A stretch of DNA of 60,806 bases, the filler included, from Callorhinchus milii (taxonomy: Eukaryota), in NCBI RefSeq assembly GCF_018977255.1. It is 4 parts of 4 records of this genome, joined end to end, with 100 filler letters (N's around TTAATTAATTAA, not from the genome) between each part and the next. Parts side by side here need not be neighbours in the genome. Positions count along the whole stretch, not along the records: positions 20,781 to 38,705 come from NW_024705047.1; 3 more parts are not named here. One strand, 5' to 3'. Positions within the stretch are counted from its first letter, which is position 1; every line of letters begins with the position of its first letter. The notes below the pieces were generated by a model that was not told where the DNA came from, did not search any database, and was given only the letters and a program-made list of their open reading frames with translations. Position numbers and translations under genes: made by a program. Of the stretch, positions 25,336 to 38,210 are shown piece by piece.

Positions 25336-28300
25336 TGAGCGACTATGCTGGTCTCCTGAGTCGTTATCTGGTTGAACAAAAACAACTTAAAACTTGAACA
25401 TTCATTGGTAAATGATGATAATAATAATAAGTATTTGTTATGTGTGTGTGCGAATCGGTGCCCACTTATAACATGTACCCGGACAGCCTGTCAGGCTGAA
25501 AGTATGAGCTATCATTACCTGTGTGTGTGTGAAAAATACTACCCGAGATCCACTGCAAATATACAAAAAAATCGATGCTAGCTGGATAAGGATTACACTT
25601 TATTGACGTATCTCTTGTTTCAAAAAATATTGCGTGCAAACCTACGGCTCGGATAATATTTGCTCGGTTGTTCGGTCCGTAGCATATTTGGCGTTGCTCT
25701 TTATGAAATCGATTTCAACTTCTGCTGCCACCTAATTCAAAATACTCATATGCGCAGGGGCTGGGGCGGGGGGGAGTAGAGGGCACGTGGTGGTCGCACC
25801 GGGCCCAAGGACAACGCATCTCCCCACCTCTCCGGGCTCCTCTCAGAAGCACCACAACACGTTCATATTATGACGTTAATATCGACGGCTCGAGCACAAA
25901 CGCTTTGGCCCCCAAGCAAACGCCCGCTCAGTTTTAAGTGGTGGACCTGGCGGCGTTGCGGGGGGCTGCTTTCGGGGCACGGGGGTCTTTACGCGCACAC
26001 TCGGGACATTTCCGTCGCGACCGCTCCCTGGGCTGTACTTCGTATTTTTGTCAGCGACTCACGCGGTCACGTTTTTACTTTTAAACTATATATATATCTG
26101 CCGACGCTGCCGTACCATCGGTCATGTGCGAGTGACACACTTTGATGTATGTGTTCTAAGTGACAGCGCGTCAAACCGAGCCGTGACAAGAAAGGATTGG
26201 AATCTCTCGCCCTGCTATTATGCGCGGGTGCCTTCTTTCTTTGATTTCATTATTTATTAATCTAAACCAGAAAGCGCCAAGGTCTGCTGGTCAGATGTGT
26301 GGCAATGGGAGAGAGGCTGCTCTATTCATCCTACGGCTCCAGATGTCATAAATCCTTTCATTCGTCTTGACTCACCTGACACTCGTAGATTACACAATAA
26401 AGCATCTCTTTCTCTCTCCGATTTTTTTTAATCCCCCCCTCCCCCCCAGCTCCATCCTGTCCTTTCGCCTGACGTACAATTCTGGCGCAATTTCTGCACG
26501 CGCATTTTCTCCGCACGCGTTTTAGTGGACACCAATTAAGATACCTTCGGCAAGGAATCCTGTGTAATGATCACCTTCGGATTTCTAAAAAGCACTCTGT
26601 CCTGCTTATTGTCCGCCCCTATGTTGTTTCATCCTTTTGTCGAATACAACCACAATGATTTCCCCATTCAAAATCGTCGTCGCATTTTACCGGTCACTCC
26701 CAGCGACGGTTATTTGACTTCGTTTCGCGATCTTGCTCTTGGTGACTTTCGCTTCGCTCGCGTTCATCTTGAGTCCAACTTGATCGCCCTCTTCACGCCA
26801 GTCTTCAACTGGATGTCGTGGAGACCACGCTGTCGGCAAATCTGACGTGGCTAATGCGTCTGCCTCTGTTTGCGTCCGTGCCTTTGTTTGCGTGGTCCAA
26901 TTTTTTGGGGAGGAAATATGTGCATGGAGAAAAAGTTTTCTAGCAGTGCGTGGTAACCCGTGTGGACATTGATCAGTGCGCACAGCACATCTAGCAGCAG
27001 CAGCACGCTAACACGCAGTGCGCAGGCATACAGAGCACTTGCGTACAGCAAGCTGATAACTCCCATTACCATAATTGTCGTTATACTTTAATCAGTCTAA
27101 AAATATTCTGCCCGAGTCGACTTGTGCAACATGGAATTTCTTATTCTAACGATGATTTATGTTGGTGCGACATTTAAAATTTCTCGTTCGGTGAAATTGC
27201 TTTGCTCCGATTTCTATTTGATTCATCGCTCGTTTTGCTTTTGTATCTTTGGTTTGCTGTGTTACTCTTGAAAATGTGACTTTTTATTCTCGTCTTTTGA
27301 GTTATCTCGCCTGATTGAACAAAATCTGCTTCAAACTCGAGCTCACTAGCCCTGCCACTCGACCCTCTCGCTCACCGTTGCAAATGAGACTCAGCCTGGT
27401 CCCTTGAGATCTCGCCTAGTTAGAGCTGACAAGTACACAAGCAAAGAGTGGGGAAGGCAACATGCTGGAAATGGCACCAAGAAAGAGCATTGGGTGGACA
27501 CAAACACAAATCAAGAGACATTTAACATTTATATTGATTTGACAAAAGTGGGCTTTGGCAAGTCACTCCGGCTGGAAGGTTTGATGACCTCTGGACGAGG
27601 CTGGTGACTGAGTGGCAACCAGAGTAGAGGGGAATACCTGACCGAGCGGGCGTCTGGCGCAGAGGTGGAGCACTGATATTAGTTCATGCGCGCGAGTGAG
27701 ATCGACCGTGGCATCGCCGCGGGGACCGTGAGTGATGCCGCCCGCATTGTGGGGAAAACTTCATCCACAAGCAGGGAGACGATGGCTCGTGATGATGATG
27801 ATGATAATGACGATTGCGACGATGATTAAATCAGGAAGAGAGCCACGGATGCGAGCTCACGTTCTGCCAAAAGTGTGTGCCCTTTACTGGAAGGACGCTG
27901 AGTACAGAATGAGATTTTGTAATGATATATGGGGTTTTATATTCCCGCTGAGGGCTACTAAAGGAAAGAAAAAAAACACCAAAAGGCTTTGACACTGCTC
28001 ACATTATGGGGAAAAGGTGCACACGCCCACAGACATGCATACATACAAACAAACACAACGTGGATTGTGAATCGGCTCAAGCTTGATGTGTGCTTGCTTA
28101 CCCAAAAAATAATTTGGTGGCCGGTAAATTATAGCAAGCGCGGCTGCGTCTAAAATCCGCTGGAGCTGAACCACGGAGAGCATGCTGACACCGTGTGTAA
28201 TTACTTGAGATTTATACGTGCGCTGTTCTGTGTGACATTATTACGGCAAGTCGCAGCCTTCATGCGGGAGTGCCGGCGTAACCATCAACAGCGTCCGAGC

Positions 28301-28844
28301 ATCAGCGGGCCGATGCACACATCTCCTTCGCAAATGCAGAATTTAAAGACACAAGCCACGGTGCGACTGTGGCCTTGCAACCCAAACTATGGATCGTATT
28401 GTAAACCACTATAGTGTGCACTCGCTCAATGGAGGAGAATAGCAAAACTACGGGAATATCTCCTGAAGCTCTTTCGTCGTGGCTCGCGCACCACTAGAAC
28501 AAGGAAAGCAAGCCAGACGATATTATTGTTTTTCATGGATGCATCAATTTCAACACGTGCCCAGAATTGTGCGCTTCATGCAAAGAAGCCGCCCCAGTCT
28601 GAGTGTCCCTGCTGCGCCATGCCATTGTGAATGCAAAATTAACTTGCGGATTTTGCCGGCGCAGTATATCGTGGGTAACGTTTGGCGCGGCAGCGTTAAG
28701 AAAAATGAGTGTGGTCTCTCCGCTCACACGAACGTTGGCCTCGATACCAGTCGTAGCAAATTCCACATTCTTATGGCAAGAGGTCATTTCATCCGTATTT
28801 TAAAAAAATACTTCATTTTAGACCAGGTAAGAGGAGGCCTAAGT

Positions 28845-29136
28845 GGTGGAGCGGTGGCAAAGTGGCTGGCGCGCTGCACTTTCAACCCGCCGATCGAGAT
28901 GTTCGATTTCCGACCACGACGAACATCAGTGACCGCACACCTCCTCGTCAGTCGTTGGGGGTTTCCTGATCATACCAACACCGCGCTGGTCAGTGGCAGG
29001 TTGGTGAAGGGTCGGGGGCGTCCAGGACCCATTCGGATATCACTCGCCACTGATGTTAGCCACGTCCAACAGGAATCAAACTCGCGGGCACTGGATTCAC
29101 TGCGTGTTGCGTACAGCACTACGACGCTGCTCCACC
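28845..29136. mobile_element. Inverted pair of SINE 5' halves
   Basis: Begins GGTGGAGCGG...AACATCAGTG and ends CACTGATGTT...CTGCTCCACC. Confidence 0.7.
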
Positions 29137-30571
29137 CTCTGCAAAAGCTGCCGTCTGGACGCTCGCATTACAAAGCATAAATAAGCTTGACGAAAGGAGG
29201 GAGCATAGCTAAGGAGATGAGCTTCGACATGTACGACGAGAGGTACGGTCAAATCTCTCCTAAATCCTCTCGGTCAGTGCCGCCGGTCTTAATCCCGCCA
29301 GGCAGCAGGGCACTGCATCACCTACTGCACTTAATGGCAGAATACTGGGAATCCCCTCTAATCTTGAATTCTACAGCACCTGCCCTAATATCATGTGAAG
29401 GGCTATGTGTTAATTTGCGGAGATTAGGCAGTCAGTATCCTAATACTTAAATGGACGTGCTTAGCTGCTTGTATCACTGTTTCATATATATTTAATGAAA
29501 AAAACAATTATCGTATTTGAGTATTATTATTAAGTGTGGGTTCTCCTACCCTTTCTAGCCCGTGTGAGAGGGTAGGCCAAAATATTCCTTCAGACGGTCT
29601 ACCGAAAGCTCCCTTCCGTGGAGACCATCCTGACAGAAGTTGCTTGAGCATTGCATGATAAGCGCCGAAGAGCATCTGCAACGGCGTGCACACGCAGGGC
29701 AGGATTGATGTCTGGAGCGATCTACGAAATCCTCGTGATTGTAGACATGCTCCCTAAAGGCAGATGCGGTAATACGACGCGCTCCAAAATCTCGGTGCGA
29801 TCTGGTGAGATGTTGCCCCTTTGTCGTTTGGCTTTGGGACATCTTTCTCCAATTCAGTTTTTTTTTGTATATAGAATCGGCTTTCTTGTCTGGCAGGGCC
29901 AGCATCCAAAGGCCAAGAGGTGTTCCCGCAGGTGCAGTGTATCGGCTACTCCCGATGCAAGTGTGTGATTTGCGAGCCACTTTAAGAATATCTCACTTCC
30001 CGTCTAACGTTGAGGCTGGGATTATGGATTAAAGGTCTTGACGGCAGTCTGAAATTTTTAAGTACGCGAAATAATCTCTGCCGGGCCGACGCGCTGAATG
30101 TGTTAGATAGCGTCTGCGACACAACGGGGCCATTGTCAGCTGCAAGTATTTTCTCCAGGCTTGGTTATTCCTGTCCTCCTTTCCGCTTGTTGCAGAGAAA
30201 AGTAGCAGCACCTCAGCAATTCTGTTGGAAGGAGATAAGTTTCGACATTCATAACATCAGAGCGCCATCTCCCCCCTCCCCTACCTCCAATACATGCTCA
30301 ATACCTGATAACCAGTAGCCCCTAAACTTGATGTATGAGGTTACGTACGTGGTGGTGAAGCTACATGATGTCCGTAAAACGTGAGCCGCATTAATTTTGA
30401 ATGTAAAATCACCTCCACTCAAAACATTGTAGACGAAAATAAAATGCAAAGAAGAAAAAATCTCTTTAAATAAAAGCCATGACAAAGTAGTGAGGGTTGC
30501 ACTCCCATCTAAACACACTGAGGTTCGTGGTTGACATTTGCAAAATGTCTTGTTTCAATCTACGTCTATGC

Positions 30572-30785
30572 TTCTTGGTTCTTTCGGTAAAGTCACGTAG
30601 AAGGGAAGTAATAAAATAATAAAAATAAAACATAATAAAATAATTCTCACGACGTTTCGGCCACAACGCAAGCAGCTGTCCTCAGGTGAAGACCAGGTCT
30701 GTCGAGGCGACAGCGTCTACGTGACTTTACCGAAAGAACCAAGAAGATGAATCCTGCAGTCACGAAAGCTTTAAATCGAAATTTA
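30572..30785 (-). mobile_element. Penelope-like element terminal repeat with a 30-bp inverted repeat
   Basis: TTCTTGGTTCTTTCGGTAAAGTCACGTAGA (30572-30601) is the reverse complement of 30716-30745; hammerhead motif inside. Confidence 0.75.
30644..30692 (-). ncRNA. Minimal type I hammerhead ribozyme motif (Penelope-associated)
   Basis: Minus strand: UUCAC CUGAGGA cAGCUGC uugcguu GUGGCC GAAA CG UC GUGAG; stem I UUCAC/GUGAG, stem II, palindromic ACGU in place of stem III; predicted GUC cleavage between 30651 and 30650. Confidence 0.7.
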
Positions 30786-31958
30786 CGTCTATGCTCTCGT
30801 GTATATGGCTTCCTGCCTTTGCCAATCCGCACTGGCCGGCGTGATGAAGTTTAGAAATGTGATTGAATTCAAAGGTGTTGTTTTTGGTGGATGAACCGAA
30901 TTTAAATTGGCGTAGCGGTGGCGCAGTGGTTAATGCGCTGCGCTGTGCACCAAGTCACATGAGTTCAATTGCCGGCCATGGCTAACATCATTGAGGAGCG
31001 ACATCTCAACCGATCTTGGCTGTCCCCTTTAACCCCCACTGATCAGGGTGGTGCAGCGTGGTCAGTCGACCTAATGACCAGATTTGCATTGGAATGCTCT
31101 TATCTAGCAGTGGATATACGACAATAGGTACGTTTATAAAGGGTCATCAATATTATTGTCTTCCCTTTAAATTACGCATGGTCGAAAGTTAATAAGTACA
31201 ACGGTTAGATTTCTTTATCTTTGGGGAAAGAATACAAATTTTATTTCAAAAAATTTCAAAATTTGTATTCCAATTGTGCTTTCGACGTCACTGTCAGGAG
31301 ACATCGCGTCCGTTTGGGATAACAGAACCTGGGCATGGCACCGTGTGTCACTGAACGACCCACAGCGGGACATTTCGTAGCACTGTGCCAGAAATGTGAA
31401 TAGAGCTTTTGTCACTCATCAGATTCTCTCCTGTGTAAATCAATATTGAGATTCTGAACTGAATATATTAAACTTGTTTATGCACACTCCAGTGGGCACG
31501 TCTTCCCATCCTCCCTGCGACAGAAGAGGTGTCTCTCACGTGCCATTGAGAGCAGAACTTTTACCACATCAAGTGAAACATTTACATTTTACGTGATGTT
31601 TCTGTGGTACACGTGGCAACCCGGTGGTTTGATCACGGGCATCTGTAACCCAGACTTGAGCCCAAGATCCCGGCAGTGCTGGTTCATTGCTCTGACCTCT
31701 GAGCCATCTGGCAACCTCAGACAACTGAAATGTGAAATTGCTCTTCCCTGGGTCTGTGCCGTAGTTTCAAAATCGTTCAAGCAATTGGCATAAATTATCT
31801 CTTGTTACCTGAATCCATCGAGGGCTGGTTAGAGGCTCCGGGGTGGCTCGAGTTGGCAAAGGCGCAATTTCAAGCAGATCTTGCGAGGTTTTAAAGACGG
31901 TGTGGCTTTCTCGAATGGGGGAACCATTCAGTGTGTACTACTGCATATGCCTTCGTGG

Positions 31959-32103
31959 CAGAGGTCGCAATCGGGTACCCGATACCCGTACCCTACCCGA
32001 TACCCGGCTACCCGTACCCGGCCGGGTACGGGTACGGGTACCCATTTGCGACCCTGGTGCGGCCGGGTACGGGTAAGGAATCAAAATCCGTTTGCGACTT
32101 CTG
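31959..32103. mobile_element. 145-bp non-autonomous hAT-type MITE
   Basis: 16-bp TIRs CAGAGGTCGCAATCGG / CAGAAGTCGCAAACGG (14/16), perfect 8-bp TSD CTTCGTGG (31951-31958 and 32104-32111), interior TACCCG/CGGGTA repeats. Confidence 0.9.
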
Positions 32104-32519
32104 CTTCGTGGTCATGCTGCAGCTGCAGCACGGCTCTCCGGTGCCTTCATGGGTTGTACCGCGCGTCGTTTGCGGCGCGAAGGCCGACGTTTCGCTCCGC
32201 GTGTTGGGAGCCTCTTCGCTTTTTTCCGCCAAAGCTCCGACGCGAGGCACAGACGTCGGGAGACGCAGCAGGCTCCCAGCGCCTGGAGCGAAATGTCGTG
32301 GGGCGTCCTGCCGAACAGCGCGTGGCACGGCACGACCGCCGAACACCGCATCTTGTGGAAATCCTGGAGCGATTTCACAAATGCGTCTCATTTTAATCGT
32401 ATCGGCGGCGGGATCCCAGCAAGTTCATGAACATAATTGGCACGTGTATATATAGAGAGCTCTACTACTGAGTTTTTTTGAACCGGCAAAAGTGCATTGC
32501 GTGAAGGGAAGATTCGGAT

Positions 32520-32780
32520 AGATTTATTCTGGTGCATAATCCCGGCTAGATCTATATAAAGCCTCATCTCACGTGCAGTGAGTGCAACAACAAAAAAACA
32601 ACAGGGCAGAGGGCATCCGTGCCATGTGCCTCTATGGATCTTTAAAGAATCCGACTGACACCCATTAGGGGGATCTCTAGAGGAAAGGTTAGTATATAAT
32701 AATTGAACTCGGGCAATTAGGGACTTTCCGATTGGAAACCGACATTCTGTGTCAAACAGGTAGTGCAATACAGCTCAGGG
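32520..32780 (-). mobile_element. L1-clade RT fragment
   Basis: LIARVQLLYTN...NGCQSDSLKIHRGTWHGCPL resembles L1 WIKLLY..NG..S..F.L.RGTRQGCPLS. Confidence 0.7.
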
Positions 32781-33639
32781 TAGTAATTGCATGCATTTAA
32801 TGAATCCTTTATGGCATGGACTATCCTGTAAATTATTGCAAAAGGGTAGCATATAAGGCACATCAACGTTACGTCAAAATTCCTCCCTTTTTTGCAATAA
32901 ATGCAGCGTGCGCGCGGTATTAATTTATTTATTTAAACAATGCTAACTCGCAACTCAAATAATACGTCACTATTGGGTCGTAAACTTTGCACATTCGCAA
33001 CATCGGGTCCACAGTGTGACCCATCACAGCCCGAGTCCATCCTGGTCCGTCGCGTGCAGCGCGCAGTGGTGGCAGCAGCAGCTTCGTGCTACGAACCCCG
33101 GCAAAACCTGAGTTCGACTCCCAGCCAGGGTTAATGTCGGTGGCGAGTGATTTTCTGGACAGGTCTTGGGAGCCTCCCCATTCGCCGACCTTCGGTACGG
33201 CCGAGCGAACCTCCGTGCCTGACGCGGCATGAGAAGCCCGTCATCCAGCAGTGGATTGACAAAGCGCTGTGGGTTCTCACTGTGTTAAATGAACAGCATT
33301 GAGTGGTCAATCGACGACTCGCACTAAGATGACAGATGTGAAGCCATTGGTTCACTCCTCTTCCTCTATTCCCTTGGACTTTCTGGAACACCGTGATGTC
33401 ACCGCTCCCATCGCAGTTATTGCACTCGCAGTGCGAGTGCAATAAGATATCTCTCCACTTATCTCCGTCTATGGCTGAGGACAGCTTCCATCCCCCTCCC
33501 CATGTTTGATATTTGACATCCGGCCAGAGCGCGGTATTCCTCGTTCCCCAACCACTTTCGAGCATTCCCCTAATCGATCTTACGTTTCACCCCATTAACC
33601 CCCACAACTCTCCGCCCCCCCCCCCCTCGCCTTACGCAG

Positions 33640-33789
33640 GGAGGAGGCGATGCGCTCGACGCATTTGAGTCCCTCGAGGATCTGCTGGACTCGTTCGGCC
33701 CGGTCCGCGACTGCTCGCGGGACAACGGTGGCTGCACGCGGAACTTCCACTGCGTGTCTGAGCGTCGCATCGACTCGTCGGGCTGCGTG
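33640..33789 (+). CDS. ASTN2: Internal exon of an astrotactin (ASTN2/ASTN1-like) gene, EGF-like region; apparent 1-nt deletion
   Basis: Acceptor CTTACGCAG| and donor GTG|GTAAGG; encodes [50 protein letters not shown], matching recalled ASTN2 [50 protein letters not shown]; not shown in the ORF track. Confidence 0.93.
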
Positions 33790-36084
33790 GTAAGGAACTG
33801 CATCTACCCCCCCCCCCTCTCTCACCCGCCACCCCCTACTCCTCGCACCAACTATCCTGATGTTGTCTAAATGGGTACCAGGTACAGCCCTGCAATCGTT
33901 TGCTCTCTCCACTGTTGGAGAGCCGCTTTTTTCAACGCTCGCCGGATGCTTTGGAAGAGGTAGGAGGGGTGGTGGGGCGTGCGTTGAGCAGTGGCACCGG
34001 GCACTGCGCTATGAACACAGTGATCGGAATTTCAGTTCCCGACCAAGACGAACGTTTGTGACGAATGATATCTAAATGATATCACAAAACGCCAGTCATC
34101 CTCGCAGCGGACTTTTGGCTGGCCATCGAACAAAGACGGTCGCTGCATTGCGCGCTTTCAGATGCGCTTCTGCGGCCGTCTGGAACGCTCTTCTTTCCGA
34201 TATTAGTTCAACATACATACTGGACACCTCCCTGAGTGACAGAGACTCGCCGCATTGCATAAGATGTGATGTAAAATTCCACGCTTTTCAATTCTTGCGG
34301 AAGGCACCCCACCACAGAGAGCTGCAGGGAACCCCTTGAAGGGTATTCCACTTTGCCGAGTCGTCTCGGAGGAGGTGGCAGTACCCACACTTTACCCCCA
34401 CTGTGCACGCGACCTGCCGATGGACAGACTGCGATACACACACTCATACTGCTGGCTTTGCAGTGACAAGGGGGCATGGTAAAAAAAAAAAAAAACTCGT
34501 TCATTGCTGTCAAGGATAATATGGCCACAATTTTATTTTTTACTTTTTTATGCTGGCGGTCTGAAGCAAGGCTTTGTGAACGATACACACAGCATGGTGA
34601 TGCCGTGTGACATCCAGCGCATACGGTGAAAATTGCATCCTTTGCTGCCTAAAAATTCACCTCTTACGCATTATTATCGTTATTTGTTTCAAGCTTGCGC
34701 TCACTTGTCTGTCCAGCGAGTAACAACCGGTTCACCCCACCCATTTGCCACGATAGTCAACGGGACGAATGTTCTCGCCACTGAACTTAGAATTACCTGC
34801 CAACTCCTCCTCCCTATTCACCGTATCCATTAAGACCATTACTGCACTTTCTTTCCAGAAGGCGATTCACATCTGACCACAAAAATGTCACAAAAAAGAG
34901 GATCTTGCACTGAGCCCTTGATATTTTCTTGAACGCGAGTGTGTGCGTCCGACCTCTCGAGGTAATACATCTCATTATAACGCCCAATCCCCCACACACC
35001 CCCCCCCCCCCCCCCCCGTACGTTTTTTAATGAAGCATAATGTGAGCACTTATCACGGCAGCTTGGGGTGCTAGGCCTTGCGAAGCCGTGGAGGCTCGAG
35101 AGGGCCTCAGAGACGCTCGGAGCGACGGTGGCTCCAGTCTCACAGTTTTGTCTGCTCCTCTGTGCAATTTGGAGCCCGTTCACCATTTAAACTCTCGCTA
35201 TCCTGGAAATACAGAGGTGTGTGAAGTTTCATTATCGTGCGCCGAGGGACGTTTTATATATTTGTCACTATGCCTCCTTCCGTTGGCTGCGAATTGATTT
35301 GCATGCGGCTGTGCTCTCTGCGCGCCTCTGCGCGTGCGCGCGTGTGCACGTTCGGTCGTTTTTGTTATTTGTTGTCGGCAACAACTCAGAAAAGCGAAAT
35401 CATTCGTGTGCACCTCCCGTAATACGAGAAACGACAGCGGCGCAGTGCACATGGCCGACGATTTGAGACAACAACAACAAGAACAACCGACGAACGTACG
35501 TTGGTAAAAACACAAATGCATAATGTAACTGGTATCGGCCAAACATCCCCAATACCGGAGAGAGAGTAAAAATGTACTTGTAAATTACTCGATTGGGATT
35601 GCAAACAGCAGCAGCAGCAACAGCAGCAACGTGACTTCCAATTTGGCAGGAGACGCTCCTGAAAAGAGTCTTCATGAAACTGTCATGCTTTATTGGGTAA
35701 GCTCGTGTAGTAATAATAATACTCATAACGAACATTTATGTATTCAATGGCCAGGCAACATCTTCTCATTCATTTCTTTAGAACTGCCTTTTGTGTTTAG
35801 TTTCATCCTCCTTTCCTCGCACCTCCGAGTCACGCGGTTGGCTGCATACTGTGCGGACGATGTTCAACATGCATACACACGTATGATGATGATGATGAGA
35901 AATAGAATTATTTAATGTATTAGTACTTTTTTGATATCGAGTTCAGGGAGATGCGGAGTGAATTTGAGAGATGTTTTATGGGGGGAATGAGGAGGAGCGA
36001 ACGGCTGTTCACCCAATGTTCGCTGACTGAAAAGTCGTTCGGCACATTTCACACTGTGGAGTGTCGTTGAGCCTTCCGCTAAGC

Positions 36085-36222
36085 GGCAGGGTGGCACGGT
36101 GGTAGCATTTGTGCCTCCCAACAGGAAGGCTCCTGAGTTCAATTCCCGACTTGGGCGCGTGCCTTCCTCTGTAGAGTTTGTACGTTGTTCCCCCCCAGCT
36201 TTTGCACGTGGTTTCCTTGGGA
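36085..36222 (+). mobile_element. V-SINE-like fragment
   Basis: tRNA head (GGTGGCACGGTGG...GAGTTCAATTCC) followed by V-domain-like TCTGTAGAGTTTGTACGTTGTTCCCC...GTGGTTTCCTTGGG. Confidence 0.65.
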
Positions 36223-37924
36223 AAATGTGAAATGTCACTATTTTTTGGACAAATATCCCAATTCTGAAAATACCTTCTAAAACTTGGCAAGATCTGAAAA
36301 AGATTATTGAGACTCAATGAGGCCGTCACGGATAAAACACGCATATTCATAGCGATGGCCCCATGCGGTATCTGCATATGTTGTGATGCAGTTCACCACC
36401 AACCAACTCTTGCCGAGATATTTCCGAAGCCAGGAAGTGTTCGACCGTTGGGTCAGCTAAAGTGTGTGGGGCTATGAAAAGTTATTAAATGTTACACAAA
36501 CCTGGAAGAAGAAGGGGAGGGGATGGGGAGAAATTATCAGCAAAAGTGGCATAAATGAACAGAATGAAATGGTGAAGTTAAATGCGCGCACTTGTTTTTC
36601 ATTGTTCATTGAATTAAATAAATATTTCAGTGAGCTGATAGCTCATGTTACATTACCTCTCTCACGCTCTCCTAAATGTGTGGAGCCACTTGAACGATTT
36701 ATAACCTTAGATCGTCAGTTTATATATTAATTAAACACGTTCTGCGCCCGCATTGCCATTCCCCTTTAGGGGCAATCACCTAAACTTACCGAGATAATGC
36801 AGAGAATTACGCGCATGCAAAATTCATTCAGCGCACGGAGTGATTGCTTTAGGGCCACGGTGAACACTTGTACGACTTTTCATAATGAAATCTCGTTAGT
36901 CCGCAATGCCACACGAGCTCGGAGAAATCATCTTTGGGAGAAAGTTTAATGAAAGTTGCTGCCCACCACTCATAATGTTTATGAAGTGAATTTTAAGATA
37001 AAGGTTTGGCTTAATAACATTTGCGAATAACTTATCCTGGGTTGGTCATTCGTTGTTAGAATTATTGTCAGGCTCGTTTTTTTTATGTCTTGCTTATTTT
37101 AAATTTTGCTTTGGCTGTCTTCTAGAGAGGTAGAGATTATTTTGTGCGTGTGTGTCATGTATTTTTTTCATAATCTTTTCACTGTTCACAGCTGTCAAAA
37201 CTTACTTTCAAGTAATCCATTATAGCTGCTCTGTATTTATAATGCATGCCAACAGGACATACTTTGTAGGAAGGCATTTCTGTTGCAGTTTCAAACTTTG
37301 CAAATGACATGCCTCTGCAGCGTTCGATTTAACATTTCATTTTAACTTTTTTTTTGTTCACGGGAGTTCAAAAGTAATTAATTATTTTGGGCCACTGGCA
37401 AGGAATGTGGTGTATATTTTTTCGAACGGTCAAGTAATTTTTTTAAATAAAATGAACGCTTAACATATGCTCACGTAGTCGTATTGTTAATCCGTTAGAA
37501 CGCCGCGTATCCGACCGTCACGTCTCCACCCTGACCAGTGCAGTCTTTGCGCAGGCTGTAAATGGTCATTTTCTCTCGATGTTCACACGTGTCAACTTTC
37601 ATATATCCAGCCATCTCAGAGTCGAGCAAGTCAGACATGCGATTTTGTACCGTGCTTTGACAATTCACCAACTGATCGTATTTTTTGTTAAACGAAAATG
37701 TATAAAAGAGAACAATGTTTTTTTTACGGAATATTTGCTGGAAATGTTTCCCCTTCTTAGATTTTCACTCATATAATAATACACAGAAACATATAATCTG
37801 TAACAAACGTGCATGTTTGAGAGGTAGTGTAGTACAATATGCGACCAGAGTTTGATTCTCTGCCACGGCTACGACACCTCCGATGGACACGGTTGCCTGT
37901 GTACGGTGCGCGAAAGAAGTTCAA

Positions 37925-38210
37925 CATAAATTTCGATTTAAAGCTTTCGTGACTGCAGGGATTCATCTTCTTGGTTCTTTCGGTAAAGTCACGTAGAAGG
38001 GAAATAATAAAATAATAACAATAAAACATAATAAAATAATTCTCACGACGTTTCGAATTCAGACGCTGTCTTTCCGACGGACCTGTTCTTCACCTGAGGA
38101 CGGCTGCTTGCGTTGTGGCCGAATCTTCGTGAGAATTATTTTATAATGTTTTATTGTTATTATTTTATTATTTCCCTTCTACGTGACTTTACCGAAAGAA
38201 CCAAGAAGAA
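37925..38210. mobile_element. Penelope-like inverted terminal repeats (~90-bp arms) enclosing a mutated hammerhead motif
   Basis: ~37966-38055 is a near-perfect reverse complement of ~38120-38210; CTGAGGA at 38094-38100 is followed by stem II, then GAATCTTC instead of GAAACGTC. Confidence 0.75.

Noticed and set aside
28479..29180. 233-aa ORF
   Set aside because: GTG start, runs through the inverted SINE pair, no recognisable motif
29555..29700. Possible Gypsy integrase zinc-finger remnant (GLHGRELSVDRLKEY/FWPTL)
   Set aside because: Short, needs a frameshift, no supporting domains seen; too weak to call
31881..32455. Overlapping 112-174-aa ORFs with GYPYP repeats
   Set aside because: Caused by the MITE's TACCCG repeats and local high GC
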